64,000 nt of DNA, taken from the IMG/VR virus record IMGVR_UViG_3300035185_000031. One strand, 5' to 3'. This stretch comes from an uncultured virus (IMG/VR IMGVR_UViG_3300035185_000031) (taxonomy: Duplodnaviria; Heunggongvirae; Uroviricota; Caudoviricetes). The translations under genes and the position numbers were made by a program. Below are positions 50,304-59,941 of the stretch, one piece after another (position 1 is the stretch's first letter; every line of letters starts with the position of its first letter). The notes under the pieces were generated by a model. The model was not told the DNA's origin and did not search any database. It was given only the letters and a program-made list of their open reading frames with translations.

Positions 50304-51005
50304 GGTATATCCCTTCTGCGGTACGCGCCGCAGCTTTCAAAGTGTCGACGGACGCACTCGCAGTAAGGTACGTCTGGACGCCAACGGATCACGGACAGCG
50401 TCCCTGTACGTGATGCTCTTCCAGCATCTTCTCGACCTTCCCTATCTGCCACAGGGTGAACACGGAAAACAGCAGCGCCCCGAAAGAAAAGATCAAGATA
50501 AAGAGAAACGCCACGAAGAGGGGGCCATCGATCTGGATTTCGGCACTCTCTTCGATCCCCACCTCTTTCTTCACGTGTGCAGCTCCCGAACCGTCAGAGT
50601 CAAAACCGGAACGTAACCCGTACCGATACATAGGAACAGAATGCTACCGTAAAGAAAAGCGATGGTCAAGAGTCCTCTTCCTTCGCAGCTTCCTCCGCAG
50701 CCAACCTACGACGTTCCTTCATGCACGCCCGGATCTCCTTGCGGGTCAAACGTTCTGAGACCTTCTGACCGCAACGCCGGCAAGCCGTGTCGCCCCACAC
50801 CACGACGAAGACGAGATCTCCGCTCAGGCACTCGGGGCAAGGCGTTCCGGTAAGCATCACGGAGTCGGAAGAAAGGCGGCCACCGCAACCATGCCTATGA
50901 GAGCAAGCACGCCGAGAACAGCAAACACGACAAGTACGACACCCCAAACCGCGTCCCCTGTCGTACGAGGTTCTAGCTCGATAGGATCGGGAGGTGGCTC
51001 GCGTC

Positions 51006-51506
51006 TCACGGGTGACCTCCAGAAGAATGCGCCTTCATCGCTTCCTCGAAGCGCACCCAGCACTCGGAGCATGTCGAATTACCCGGTTTGTCGGTTCCGT
51101 TTAGGATCGTCAACGAGTACTCCTCCTTGTCCAACTCTCCTGCGATAGGCTTCGCATCACACCAGTACACCGGACGCCCGTGCTCGATAATCCCTGTCGC
51201 GATGTGGATCGGGAGGATCTCTCCCGCTCCCGTGAAGTACGGTCCGGCGTAACAGAACGAGATGCGCGTACCCGGCACCAGAAGCTCACGAGCCTCCTTC
51301 GCTAGGGGGTGAATCTTCGCGAGCGTAGGACCAGGAGCATACCCAGGTCCTAGCCACGCGAAGCCAGACCAGACCATGTCCGAACCCTCGATGCGAAAGG
51401 TAAAGGTCACCCGAGAGTCCTTCTCCTGGATGTCCGGCAACGGACGGCCGCACATCTCTTCTGAGTCGAAGACCAAGCGAGCTAGTAGGTTCTCAGCACT
51501 CATCAC
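51006..51506 (-). CDS. Hypothetical protein
   Basis: 166-aa ORF. Confidence 0.55.
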   Translation of the reverse strand: MMSAENLLARLVFDSEEMCGRPLPDIQEKDSRVTFTFRIEGSDMVWSGFAWLGPGYAPGPTLAKIHPLAKEARELLVPGTRISFCYAGPYFTGAGEILPIHIATGIIEHGRPVYWCDAKPIAGELDKEEYSLTILNGTDKPGNSTCSECWVRFEEAMKAHSSGGHP

Positions 51507-51584
51507 ACTCGATCCTTGTCGAACTTGCTGTCCTCAGGACGGTTGTCGTTCTTCATGTCCTCGACGCTGCGAATACCCATACGT

Positions 51585-52109
51585 TCACGCGATCCACGTC
51601 AGAGCGTGCCGCGTGTAGTAGGGCCGATGCGAATCCGTAGTCCAAAGAAGAAGCATGTACGGGGAGTAGACCAGCGCCGCACTCTGCCCCGACGCGGGTG
51701 GAGTGCCTTTCAGAACCTTCTTGATCGACTCTTCGATTCCGCGGGCTACCTCCTCCCAGCTCGGTTCCTGGGCAGGTTGCCAAGGAAGATGTGTTCTTTC
51801 GGCCTGAATCAACTTGTGAGGGATGCCTTCTCCTTCCCACGGATCGTAGTCTTGGAACCAACCCGGCTTGTAGTGCTCGGCCGTAGTGACGACTCCGAGG
51901 GGAGCCTCTAGTGGTTGGATGAGCACTTCATCAGGGATCTGAATCAGCTCGCACAGCGTAGCGGTGACCTCCGTAGAGGTTCGCAGCACGTAGGCATCGT
52001 TTCCGGCGAGCTTCACCACGCTCTCGATGTTCTTCAGCAGAAGCTCGCGGTAGGGCAGTAGGTTTTGCATTGTCTCTCTTTCAGTTCCCAGAACCAGTTG
52101 TACGTCCAT
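51585..52109 (-). CDS. Hypothetical protein with weak gp23-like motifs
   Basis: IQPLEAPLGVV and ALVYSPYMLL. Confidence 0.45.
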   Translation of the reverse strand: MDVQLVLGTERETMQNLLPYRELLLKNIESVVKLAGNDAYVLRTSTEVTATLCELIQIPDEVLIQPLEAPLGVVTTAEHYKPGWFQDYDPWEGEGIPHKLIQAERTHLPWQPAQEPSWEEVARGIEESIKKVLKGTPPASGQSAALVYSPYMLLLWTTDSHRPYYTRHALTWIA

Positions 52110-52157
52110 CGCCCGGAAGGAGGGGCGCCGTTAAAGATCCACGCAGCTTCATCGGCA

Positions 52158-52532
52158 TCATCTGACTCCCAGCGCGCTTCTGATCTGTCCCGGGTACTCT
52201 GTGTTGGCCTGCGTCCGCTGCTGGAACTGAAAGTCGATGAGCAGGCCCGTGATTCGAGAGAGATGGTCGGAAATCGCAGCGCAGAGCACCTTCCACAAGG
52301 CGTTGGCGTGCGGGCGCTCCGAGCAAGAGGGAAACAGGTGCTCGAACTCCGCATCATCCAGAATGCACCGAACGTCTACGTCTCGGTAGTCCCGTCGGCT
52401 CATCGAGGAGCCTACCTGGAAGATGTTGGGACCGAAAGCATCTACAAGACCCCGACAAGCTAGGTTCAGCAAGTAGCTTTGCTGCGGAGTAAGCGCGTTT
52501 CCTCGCGCTCTTGGCGTACTACCGTGCGTCAT
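52158..52532 (-). CDS. Minimal nucleotidyltransferase-like protein
   Basis: VGSS...DYRDVDV (GS..DxD). Confidence 0.65.
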   Translation of the reverse strand: MTHGSTPRARGNALTPQQSYLLNLACRGLVDAFGPNIFQVGSSMSRRDYRDVDVRCILDDAEFEHLFPSCSERPHANALWKVLCAAISDHLSRITGLLIDFQFQQRTQANTEYPGQIRSALGVR

Positions 52533-52834
52533 GAGCCTAAGCGCTCCATGATCTCTACCAGATCACCGCTCATCGGATCCAGCTCTCGGGATTCGTGAAA
52601 TCCTCGACGCTGTAGCATCGTGCGTAGCTTACCATTTAGCACGTTGGGAAAAACAACGCGGCGATCTGCGGGTAAGGTGTCGAGCCAAGCGGAAACCGCT
52701 CCGCTACCGGGTTCCTCGGCCAAAATGAGAGGAACGTAGATGCCCTTCTCCGTGTCGAACACGACACCCCGCACTCCTGGAGCCAGCTCAGGCTCCGAAC
52801 CCACCTGAAACTCGACGCCTTCCTCGGGAGTCAT
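52529..52834 (-). CDS. Small GNAT-like protein
   Basis: PGSG...VLN..L..ML.RRGF. Confidence 0.45.
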   Translation of the reverse strand: MTPEEGVEFQVGSEPELAPGVRGVVFDTEKGIYVPLILAEEPGSGAVSAWLDTLPADRRVVFPNVLNGKLRTMLQRRGFHESRELDPMSGDLVEIMERLGS

Positions 52835-53670
52835 GGGTTCATCACCAGGTTCAGAGGAGACGGAGATCGATCGAACACGACGACGTCTTCCAGACCCACA
52901 GGTACGCGGAGGAACGGTCCGTCCAGGTAGAGTGTCGCATCGTCAGTAAGGCTCGTGAGACGAATCGATCGACTCTGGTAGCGGATGACGTTGCCATCGT
53001 ATTCCTTGAAGGGTTCTCGAATGACGGCTTGCAGCTTGTGTGCAGACAACGGCATCGCCTCGCCCCCGGCAGAGGCCAGCGCACCCGTAGAGCCGGCACC
53101 CGTTCCTACCCACACCCCAGAACAAGCGTACTTGTAGCTCCCGAGTTGGAAGCGCGTCATGGCTGCGGGACACGTGTGGCTGAAGAGAGCTTCATTGAGA
53201 ACTCGATCTGCCACCACCCGTCTTCCTACGGAGACACGCATGCGAGTCACACTGTGCGTGCAAGGATCTTTCAACGCCTGCTCCAACGTGCGGCTGAGGT
53301 CATCGCTGGTATCGACACAGAAGTGTCCCTCGCTCCGTCCCGGGTCGTTGTTGATGCCGAGCAATGGTTCCTTGCCAACGTAGTGGCTCGCTGAAAGCAA
53401 AGTACCGTCACCTCCAACAGACACCACAAGGTCCGCACCTCGCGCGTTGAAAGCAGTCTCTGCGCCTTCAACGATCCAAGGCTTCACACCAAAGCCACGG
53501 ATCAGGTCAAGGACTCGATCTCTGATCCTCTGCTGCTGCTTGTGGCTTGCTAACGCCTTACGCTTCCAACCGGCCGGAAGTGGTTCCCCGGAGGACACAC
53601 GCTGAGACCACGAGCTGCGTTTGACGACTACAACGACCCGCTTAGGCACGATCATACCCTCCAGAAGCAC
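52831..53670 (-). CDS. NAD(+) kinase
   Basis: VGGDGTLL, VLNE, TGAGSTG..SAGG. Confidence 0.85.
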   Translation of the reverse strand: MLLEGMIVPKRVVVVVKRSSWSQRVSSGEPLPAGWKRKALASHKQQQRIRDRVLDLIRGFGVKPWIVEGAETAFNARGADLVVSVGGDGTLLSASHYVGKEPLLGINNDPGRSEGHFCVDTSDDLSRTLEQALKDPCTHSVTRMRVSVGRRVVADRVLNEALFSHTCPAAMTRFQLGSYKYACSGVWVGTGAGSTGALASAGGEAMPLSAHKLQAVIREPFKEYDGNVIRYQSRSIRLTSLTDDATLYLDGPFLRVPVGLEDVVVFDRSPSPLNLVMNP

Positions 53671-54041
53671 CCAGCGCTTTCAGCAAGACGCCCCGATAGC
53701 TAGAAGCCTCCAATCGATGTATATCTGCGAAACTGCGCGTACGCCGGATAGTGACGACGTAGCCACCATCGGTACGAGGACCGATGATTGTCAGATCGAA
53801 TTCTTCGGGAGGCCACTTCTTCCGAATCCTATCGAAGAACCCTCGTATCTCCGCGGTCGTCATCGAAGGATACCTCGCCGCCCGCTCGAACGAATCTGAT
53901 CGAGTACGGACACGTCGCCCTCGAAGCAAACCATGACGAGGCCCTCCTTCGCTCCCGCATAGCACTCGGCACAGCGCTTCGCGAGGGAAGCCAAACCTAA
54001 ACCTACCGGACGCTTGCCGCACTTCTTGCAGATCTCCATCA

Positions 54042-54653
54042 CTAGTCTCCAGCGAGGTGCTCCTTGGGAAGCCCCTCATCGAGGATCTGCTTGAGACGAG
54101 CAAAGCGCTCCTTCATAGGAGCCAACTCGTCCTCCGAAAGCACTCGAATGAGGTCGGCTGCTTCGCGCCGTAGTGAATCGATCTTGGCCTCGTCCCTGGG
54201 CTCTTTGGCATACTCCTCGTCGATCCTATCGTTCAGGAGCGCAAGCCGCTTCTGACGCGCAGCCTTCAACTCCTCCATTGAAGCGTAGTGCTCCACGAGG
54301 GCTCCGGCAGCGACCTGTGCGTCCAGGTCGAACTCGTTGCACACTTCGACGAAGGACTGACCCAGACCGAGAGACCCTCCCAAGTCCATCTCGGCTATGA
54401 GCTGCTCGACGGTGAAGCGCGTGCCTCTCAAGTACGAGCGCGCCGGGCCGTCGGGCTCCGTGTAGCTCTCTTCGGCCTTCTGAATAGCGTCCTGCAACCG
54501 AGGACCCAGGTCCAAGGGAAGATCCGCGGCTTGTCTCGCATCTCGGGTAACAGCTAGAAGAACCGTCAAGCGACGCTGAAGATCAATAGCGACCGCCTTG
54601 TAGTACGAGGCTTCCGCATCCGCCGTAGCCAGCATGTCTCCTGTGACGCTCAT
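54042..54653 (-). CDS. DUF433-like domain protein
   Basis: LRGTRFTVEQL...G.S..EV...F.L...V..AL. Confidence 0.5.
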   Translation of the reverse strand: MSVTGDMLATADAEASYYKAVAIDLQRRLTVLLAVTRDARQAADLPLDLGPRLQDAIQKAEESYTEPDGPARSYLRGTRFTVEQLIAEMDLGGSLGLGQSFVEVCNEFDLDAQVAAGALVEHYASMEELKAARQKRLALLNDRIDEEYAKEPRDEAKIDSLRREAADLIRVLSEDELAPMKERFARLKQILDEGLPKEHLAGD

Positions 54654-54916
54654 GCTTCTCCTCGCAACGCAGCTACTGCGGCTTCGGCTTCCCCGAAGGT
54701 CGTAACCTTGACCCCCTTGAGCATGCCTCGAAGGCGATGTCCCTTTCCACGGGTACCTTCGATCTTGTACGGGTCGTAGATACCCACACCCCACGTATCG
54801 TCGTTGTCGGGGTGCCGCATCGGAACAACGCAGACTTTGCCTGGAGTCAGCTTGGGGAGGGAGCGCTCCCAATCCTCTCGGGACCAACCGCCGTAGTCGA
54901 GATTGATGATGGTCAC
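54650..54916 (-). CDS. Hypothetical protein
   Basis: GGAGG RBS; coupled start. Confidence 0.55.
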   Translation of the reverse strand: MTIINLDYGGWSREDWERSLPKLTPGKVCVVPMRHPDNDDTWGVGIYDPYKIEGTRGKGHRLRGMLKGVKVTTFGEAEAAVAALRGEA

Positions 54917-55701
54917 GCGCTCCTCCGGAATCGGGAGTCGACGAAGGGCTCGGCCTTCTGCAAGACCTCCTCCACTTTCTCCACGTCGAACCAGTCGTCG
55001 GTACGTACACCCGTTTCCATGTCGATCCAGTAGACGTGCTGCTTATCCTTGAGCGCGCCCAACACCTCTTCGATGTTCTCCGGAGAGATCCCTCCCGCAT
55101 AACCGATGCGCAGCGTAACCGTTTCGTTCGGTCCTCGCGGAAGCGTAGGGGCGTCGGGGAACTTCTTGGTGCGGATGCCCTTACCTCCCGAAGGATCCCA
55201 CAAGCCTGCCAGGTCCATAAAGGGCAGCATCCGATAGAACTTGGCTACCTCTTCCAAGCTAGCCTTTTTCCCGATCTGGAGAATGACCTCCAAGCCGCTT
55301 GCGGGCCACCTCATGTTCTCCATCAAGGTGGAGTAAGCACTCACGCCATTGAGCTGAACACGCTCGAAGATCGGGTGGACCCAATTCAGGTTGCCGTACT
55401 GCACGACGTCGCGCGTGTGCTTTCCACACAGATGCGCGGCGAACGAGTAGCCCTTGACTCCCTTGAGCACGACCACTTCGTAGAGCTGCTCCAGCCACCA
55501 CTTCGGTGGGTAGCGCGGCTCCTCTCCCTGTCTCTTCGGGGAGAACAGCACGCCCCACTCAGCGAACGGGTAGCGCGCAGAAAGCTTGAGCAGCTCCTCG
55601 GGGCTCGTCTTCTCGTCGACCCCGGTAAGAGTGACGCGACTAAGAGGCATCGGCGGCAGCCTCCAGCAGGTGTCCGTAACGCTCGTTCGCTTCCCGCTCA
55701 C
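54913..55701 (-). CDS. PRAI-like TIM-barrel phage protein
   Basis: TLTGVD..T, EWGVL, AHLCG, DPSGGKG, GYAGGI.P.N, WIDMETGVR. Confidence 0.75.
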   Translation of the reverse strand: MSGKRTSVTDTCWRLPPMPLSRVTLTGVDEKTSPEELLKLSARYPFAEWGVLFSPKRQGEEPRYPPKWWLEQLYEVVVLKGVKGYSFAAHLCGKHTRDVVQYGNLNWVHPIFERVQLNGVSAYSTLMENMRWPASGLEVILQIGKKASLEEVAKFYRMLPFMDLAGLWDPSGGKGIRTKKFPDAPTLPRGPNETVTLRIGYAGGISPENIEEVLGALKDKQHVYWIDMETGVRTDDWFDVEKVEEVLQKAEPFVDSRFRRSA

Positions 55702-55779
55702 CGAGCGTACGCCAAGTCTCGACGAGGATCACTTCCCCGCCGCAGAAGTAGCAGTCTCGGCGACCCAGGTTACGAGACA

Positions 55780-56085
55780 TCAGAGATTCCGGATCAAATA
55801 GATGAGACCCCCGATTACTCCCAAGACCAGGAGAATCCGAAGAGCCAAACGGGAAAAGCCTAAGAGCAGATCTGCGGCAGGATCCGCCTTCGGGAAGATG
55901 GCTTCGAACAGGCGCAGCGCCTTATCCACGTCGTCGTACTCGAAGCACTTCTCGTACGCATCTCGTACGACCTCCATGTCGATAGCCACCCTTTGACGAT
56001 CGACCCAAGCCAAGAACCCATCCAAGTTCTTCTGCCGAATCAGGGCACGACCCTCTTCCAGAACCTCTGCGGACAGCTTAGCCAT
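55780..56085 (-). CDS. Membrane protein with C-terminal TM segment
   Basis: Leaderless start after TTGACA-17-TAGGGT. Confidence 0.6.
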   Translation of the reverse strand: MAKLSAEVLEEGRALIRQKNLDGFLAWVDRQRVAIDMEVVRDAYEKCFEYDDVDKALRLFEAIFPKADPAADLLLGFSRLALRILLVLGVIGGLIYLIRNL

Positions 56086-56633
56086 CCGGCAACCCTATTA
56101 GGTAGGGCTGCGATTGTCAAGGAATCACGAGGACTCGCGGCTTCGCTGGAGTATCAGCTCCCTCCCCAACCAGAGCCCGTCCAACGAGTCCCCTGCCAAG
56201 AGAGGAGGCTGGAACGGGGGCAGGAAGAGGCGGTACTCCTTGATAGGACTGAGCGTGCGCTGCACGCGCTCGATCTCCCTCTGAACCTCTCTCGCGATAC
56301 CCTTACCTACACCAGCGAGGTACACGGGGTCGAAACTCTCCAAGAACGCTTTGTCCGTATGGTAGTTGAAGAACGCCTCCCCCAACTCGGGCACCGTGAA
56401 AGAAGGAGCGCCTGTAAACAAGAACCCCTCGTCCGTACGATTCAGTTCCAGGCAGAAGTGCTCCGTGAGCACTCGGTACGCCTCCCACTGCTCTTTCGCC
56501 AAACGCCAGCCCTGCCGCTCCACAAAAGCTCGAAGGTTCCTGTAGAGCGGGACTGCCAGAACCGACGTGATCTGACGAGAGCGTGCATCGATGTGCACGA
56601 TCTCAATATCGAGGTCCACCGTAGGAACCGGGT

Positions 56634-57683
56634 TCACGTAGCAACACCCTTGGGAGCTGCATCGATCTTCGGAGTCGCGTTGGCCATGCGTTCCTCGAAC
56701 CACTCCGGAGGCTTGGCATCCGCTTCCGAAATGTCGAAGCCGGGACGCACGTAGCGCTTCGTCAGCTTCGCGTAAAACTCCTGAACTTCACGCTTCGAAC
56801 CGATGCGCTTCACGAGTTCTTCGTGCGAGATGAAGTTCCCCGACGTTGGGGACCCCGCAGCCGTGTCCACACCCGCTTGCCCATCCTCTTCCTGTGTGAG
56901 AACTGACACCAGCTCCTGAAGCACCTCCATCTCCATGCGGGAGAAACGAGCGCTCATGTGCTCGTAGTCGATCCACGCCTGGTACGTCAGGGGAGCGAGG
57001 CGCTTCACCATGCCCACGATGACGTTGGCGTATTGACGGATCTCCCACTGAGCGTGCTCGTCGGCTCGCAACGTTAGGAAGTGCAGCAGGTTGTGCAGGT
57101 CGACCTTCCAGTACCACTGGGTGTACGTCGACAAGGGCAAGTCGATGCGAGCCAGCTCACGCGCAACCCCGTCCGCAGCAAGGTTCTCGTAGAGACCGCT
57201 CGAACGCTTCCTCTCGTTGTTCCACTCGATGACCGTACGCTCGTACAACCCCTCGTCTTCGAACGAGGCGCCGTCCTCTCGACCCTGCTTGTTGTTCTTC
57301 GCTTGCGGCAGGAAGTTTTCCTTCTTCGGCGTGTAGAAGATCATGGGAAGCAGCGAGTACCTCGCGCTGACTTCATTGAGGGAGGCCGTACGATGCCTGA
57401 CCCACTGGCGCGCCACGAAGATCGGCATAGATACGTGGAACTTCAGCTCCGCCATCTCGCTCGGACTCGTATGCCTCAAGCGGCGTAGGTATCGAACCAG
57501 CCCCCGTGTCTCGCTCGTCTGTCTCGTGCCTCCTTGGTACGAGAGGCGAGCCGCCTCCTCGATCCCCTCATCGCACCCCATGTAGTCCTTCAGGGCGATG
57601 AACCCGTTGTCGAGCACGGGGAAGTACTTGCCCAAAATCGCCTCCGCGGCCGGGACCGTGGGGCGCAGCGTCCGTTGTTCCAT
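56634..57683 (-). CDS. thyX: FAD-dependent thymidylate synthase
   Basis: H.SP.E, RQWVRHRTASLNEVSARY, ELAR..LP, HAQWEIR. Confidence 0.92.
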   Translation of the reverse strand: MEQRTLRPTVPAAEAILGKYFPVLDNGFIALKDYMGCDEGIEEAARLSYQGGTRQTSETRGLVRYLRRLRHTSPSEMAELKFHVSMPIFVARQWVRHRTASLNEVSARYSLLPMIFYTPKKENFLPQAKNNKQGREDGASFEDEGLYERTVIEWNNERKRSSGLYENLAADGVARELARIDLPLSTYTQWYWKVDLHNLLHFLTLRADEHAQWEIRQYANVIVGMVKRLAPLTYQAWIDYEHMSARFSRMEMEVLQELVSVLTQEEDGQAGVDTAAGSPTSGNFISHEELVKRIGSKREVQEFYAKLTKRYVRPGFDISEADAKPPEWFEERMANATPKIDAAPKGVAT

Positions 57684-57808
57684 TCTCAGCTCCTTCGTCT
57701 CTAGGGGGCCCTCTCGGGCCCTGGAAGCAGCGAGCGTATCGGAAGGACCTGCCTGGGGGAAGAGGCGAAAGAGACCCATGATTACTTAGGGTTAGGAGCA
57801 CACGAACT

Positions 57809-57851
57809 TTTGTGTTGACAGAACACTAAGTTAGTGTGATTATTACCCCAT
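57809..57851 (+). promoter_or_regulatory. Sigma70 promoter overlapped by two tandem NrtR-type operators
   Basis: TTTGTGT-N7-ACACTAA (57809-57829) and TTAGTGT-N7-ACCCCAT (57831-57851); TTGACA at 57815-57820. Confidence 0.7.
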
Positions 57852-58554
57852 GGCTCACACCTACAAGTACCCGCGACCGAGCGTAACAGCCGATATCGTG
57901 CTCTTCGGTCTCCACCAGTCCTACTTAGAGCCCTCGCTGAACGTGCTGTTGATCCAGAGGGGCGGCGAGCCCTTCAAGGGTCAGTGGGCACTACCTGGCG
58001 GATTCCTAGACATCGACGAAGACCCGGACATCGAAGCCGCAGCACGTCGTGAGCTGGAGGAGGAGACCGGCGCCACGGTCGACTACTTGGAGCAGCTCTA
58101 CACGTTCAGCGACAAGGACCGAGATCCTCGGGGGCGTGTCATCACCGTGGCCCACTTCGGGCTGGTGCGTTCCATGCTCGTGGAAGGAGCCAGCGACGCC
58201 GCCGAAGCAAAGTGGATGCCCCTCGACGAAGCGATGAAAGCCGAGCTGGCCTTCGACCACAACAAGATCCTCAGCACGGCCGTACAGCGCTTGAGGGGGA
58301 AGCTGACGTACGAACCGATCGGCTTCAACCTCCTGCCGAAGGAATTCTCGCTCGGGCAGCTCCGCAAGCTGTACGAAACGATCCTGGGGCGTGAGATCGA
58401 CAAGCGGAACTTCCGCAAGAAGATCCTCGCCATGAACATCCTCGTGGAGAACGGGATGCAACAGGGGACGAGTCACCGTCCCGCTCAACTCTACCGCTTC
58501 GACAAGCGGGCCTACGACAAGGCCGTGAAGAACGGGCTCGTCTTCGAGATCTGA
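57850..58554 (+). CDS. nrtR: NrtR-family Nudix-wHTH transcriptional regulator
   Basis: WALPGGF...AARRELEEETG Nudix box, LAFDH, DKRNFRKK...RPA.LY wHTH. Confidence 0.88.
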   Translation: MAHTYKYPRPSVTADIVLFGLHQSYLEPSLNVLLIQRGGEPFKGQWALPGGFLDIDEDPDIEAAARRELEEETGATVDYLEQLYTFSDKDRDPRGRVITVAHFGLVRSMLVEGASDAAEAKWMPLDEAMKAELAFDHNKILSTAVQRLRGKLTYEPIGFNLLPKEFSLGQLRKLYETILGREIDKRNFRKKILAMNILVENGMQQGTSHRPAQLYRFDKRAYDKAVKNGLVFEI

Positions 58555-58567
58555 AAGGAACCGAATC

Positions 58568-59941
58568 ATGGACTTCAACCTCATTCTCGACACCGACAGC
58601 TACAAGGCCAGCCACTGGCTTCAGTACCCTCCGGAGACCGAAGCGATGTACTCGTACTTCGAGTCGCGTGGCGGGCGCTACGGGCAGACCGTCTTCTTCG
58701 GCCTCCAGTGGTTCATGCGCGAGTACCTCTCGAAGCCGATCACCGCAGCGGACGTGAACGAGGCGGCCGAGTTCTTCGCGGCTCACGGGGAGCCTTTCAA
58801 TCGCGAGGGTTGGATGAAAGTCGTCACCAAGCACAACGGCTACTTGCCCGTACGCATCCGCGCCGTTCCCGAGGGGCTGGTGGTGCCCACGCGGAACATC
58901 CTGCTCAGCGTCGAGAGCACGGACCCAGAGCTGTTCTGGGTCGTGTCCTGGCTCGAAACCCAAATGGTGCGCCTCTGGTACCCGATCACGGTTGCGACGC
59001 AGAGTCACAACATCCGAAGGATCATCTGGGAGGCTCTCGTGGAGTCCGCAGACGATCCCGCCGCGGAGATCGACTTCAAGCTGCACGACTTCGGTGGTCG
59101 TGGCGTGACGTCCCGGGAAGCTGCGGGTATCGGAGGCATGGCCCACCTCGTGAACTTCATGGGATCGGACACGGTCGAAGGAGTGCGCTACGCCAACCAC
59201 TTCTACGACTGTGAGATGGCAGGCTTCTCGATTCCCGCGGCCGAGCACTCCACGATGACCATGTGGGGCAAGGCTCACGAGGCCGACGCCTACCGGAACA
59301 TGGTCAAGCAGTACGCAGGCGAGGGTAAGCTGTACGCCTGCGTGTCCGACTCGTGGGACATCTTCAGCGCTGTGGAAAATCTCTGGGGCGAAGAGCTGCG
59401 TGAGCTGGTCAAGGAGTCGGGCGGTACGCTCATCATCCGTCCGGACTCGGGCAACCCGCCGGACGTCGTGCTCAAGTGCCTTCAGATCTTGGAGCGCAAG
59501 GTGGGCATGACCAAGAACACCAAAGGCTACAAGGTGCTCCCTCCCGAGTTCCGGCTCATCCAAGGCGACGGCGTGAACGAGGACTCGATCCAGGAGATCC
59601 TTCGAGTCGTGCTCAGCAACGGCTACTCGGCCTCGAACATCGCCTTCGGATGCGGCGGGGCTCTGCTCCAGAAAATGGATCGGGACACCCAGAAGTTCGC
59701 ATTCAAGTGCTCCTGGGCGCGCGTTGCCGGCAAGGATGTGGAGGTCTTCAAGGATCCTGCTACTGACCACGGCAAGGTCAGCAAGAAGGGTCGCATGTCT
59801 CTCGTTCGCGAGGGCGGGCAGCTCCGCACCGTTCCCGAGGTCAAGCACGGGGATCTACTGGAGGTCGTCTACGAGAACGGCAAGATCCTCCGAACCCTCA
59901 CCTTCGACGACGTCCGCAAGAGGGCAAAGGAGACCGCGTGA
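58568..59941 (+). CDS. nadV: Nicotinamide phosphoribosyltransferase (NAMPT)
   Basis: DSYKASH, LHDFG.RG, SIPAAEHS, IRPDSG, IQGDG, FGCGG.LLQ. Confidence 0.92.
   Translation: MDFNLILDTDSYKASHWLQYPPETEAMYSYFESRGGRYGQTVFFGLQWFMREYLSKPITAADVNEAAEFFAAHGEPFNREGWMKVVTKHNGYLPVRIRAVPEGLVVPTRNILLSVESTDPELFWVVSWLETQMVRLWYPITVATQSHNIRRIIWEALVESADDPAAEIDFKLHDFGGRGVTSREAAGIGGMAHLVNFMGSDTVEGVRYANHFYDCEMAGFSIPAAEHSTMTMWGKAHEADAYRNMVKQYAGEGKLYACVSDSWDIFSAVENLWGEELRELVKESGGTLIIRPDSGNPPDVVLKCLQILERKVGMTKNTKGYKVLPPEFRLIQGDGVNEDSIQEILRVVLSNGYSASNIAFGCGGALLQKMDRDTQKFAFKCSWARVAGKDVEVFKDPATDHGKVSKKGRMSLVREGGQLRTVPEVKHGDLLEVVYENGKILRTLTFDDVRKRAKETA

Noticed and set aside
58325..59848. 507-aa minus-strand ORF (also 7203-8030, 11068-12027, 30577-31398, 55036-55863)
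   Set aside because: Antisense shadows of real genes, expected in GC-rich DNA
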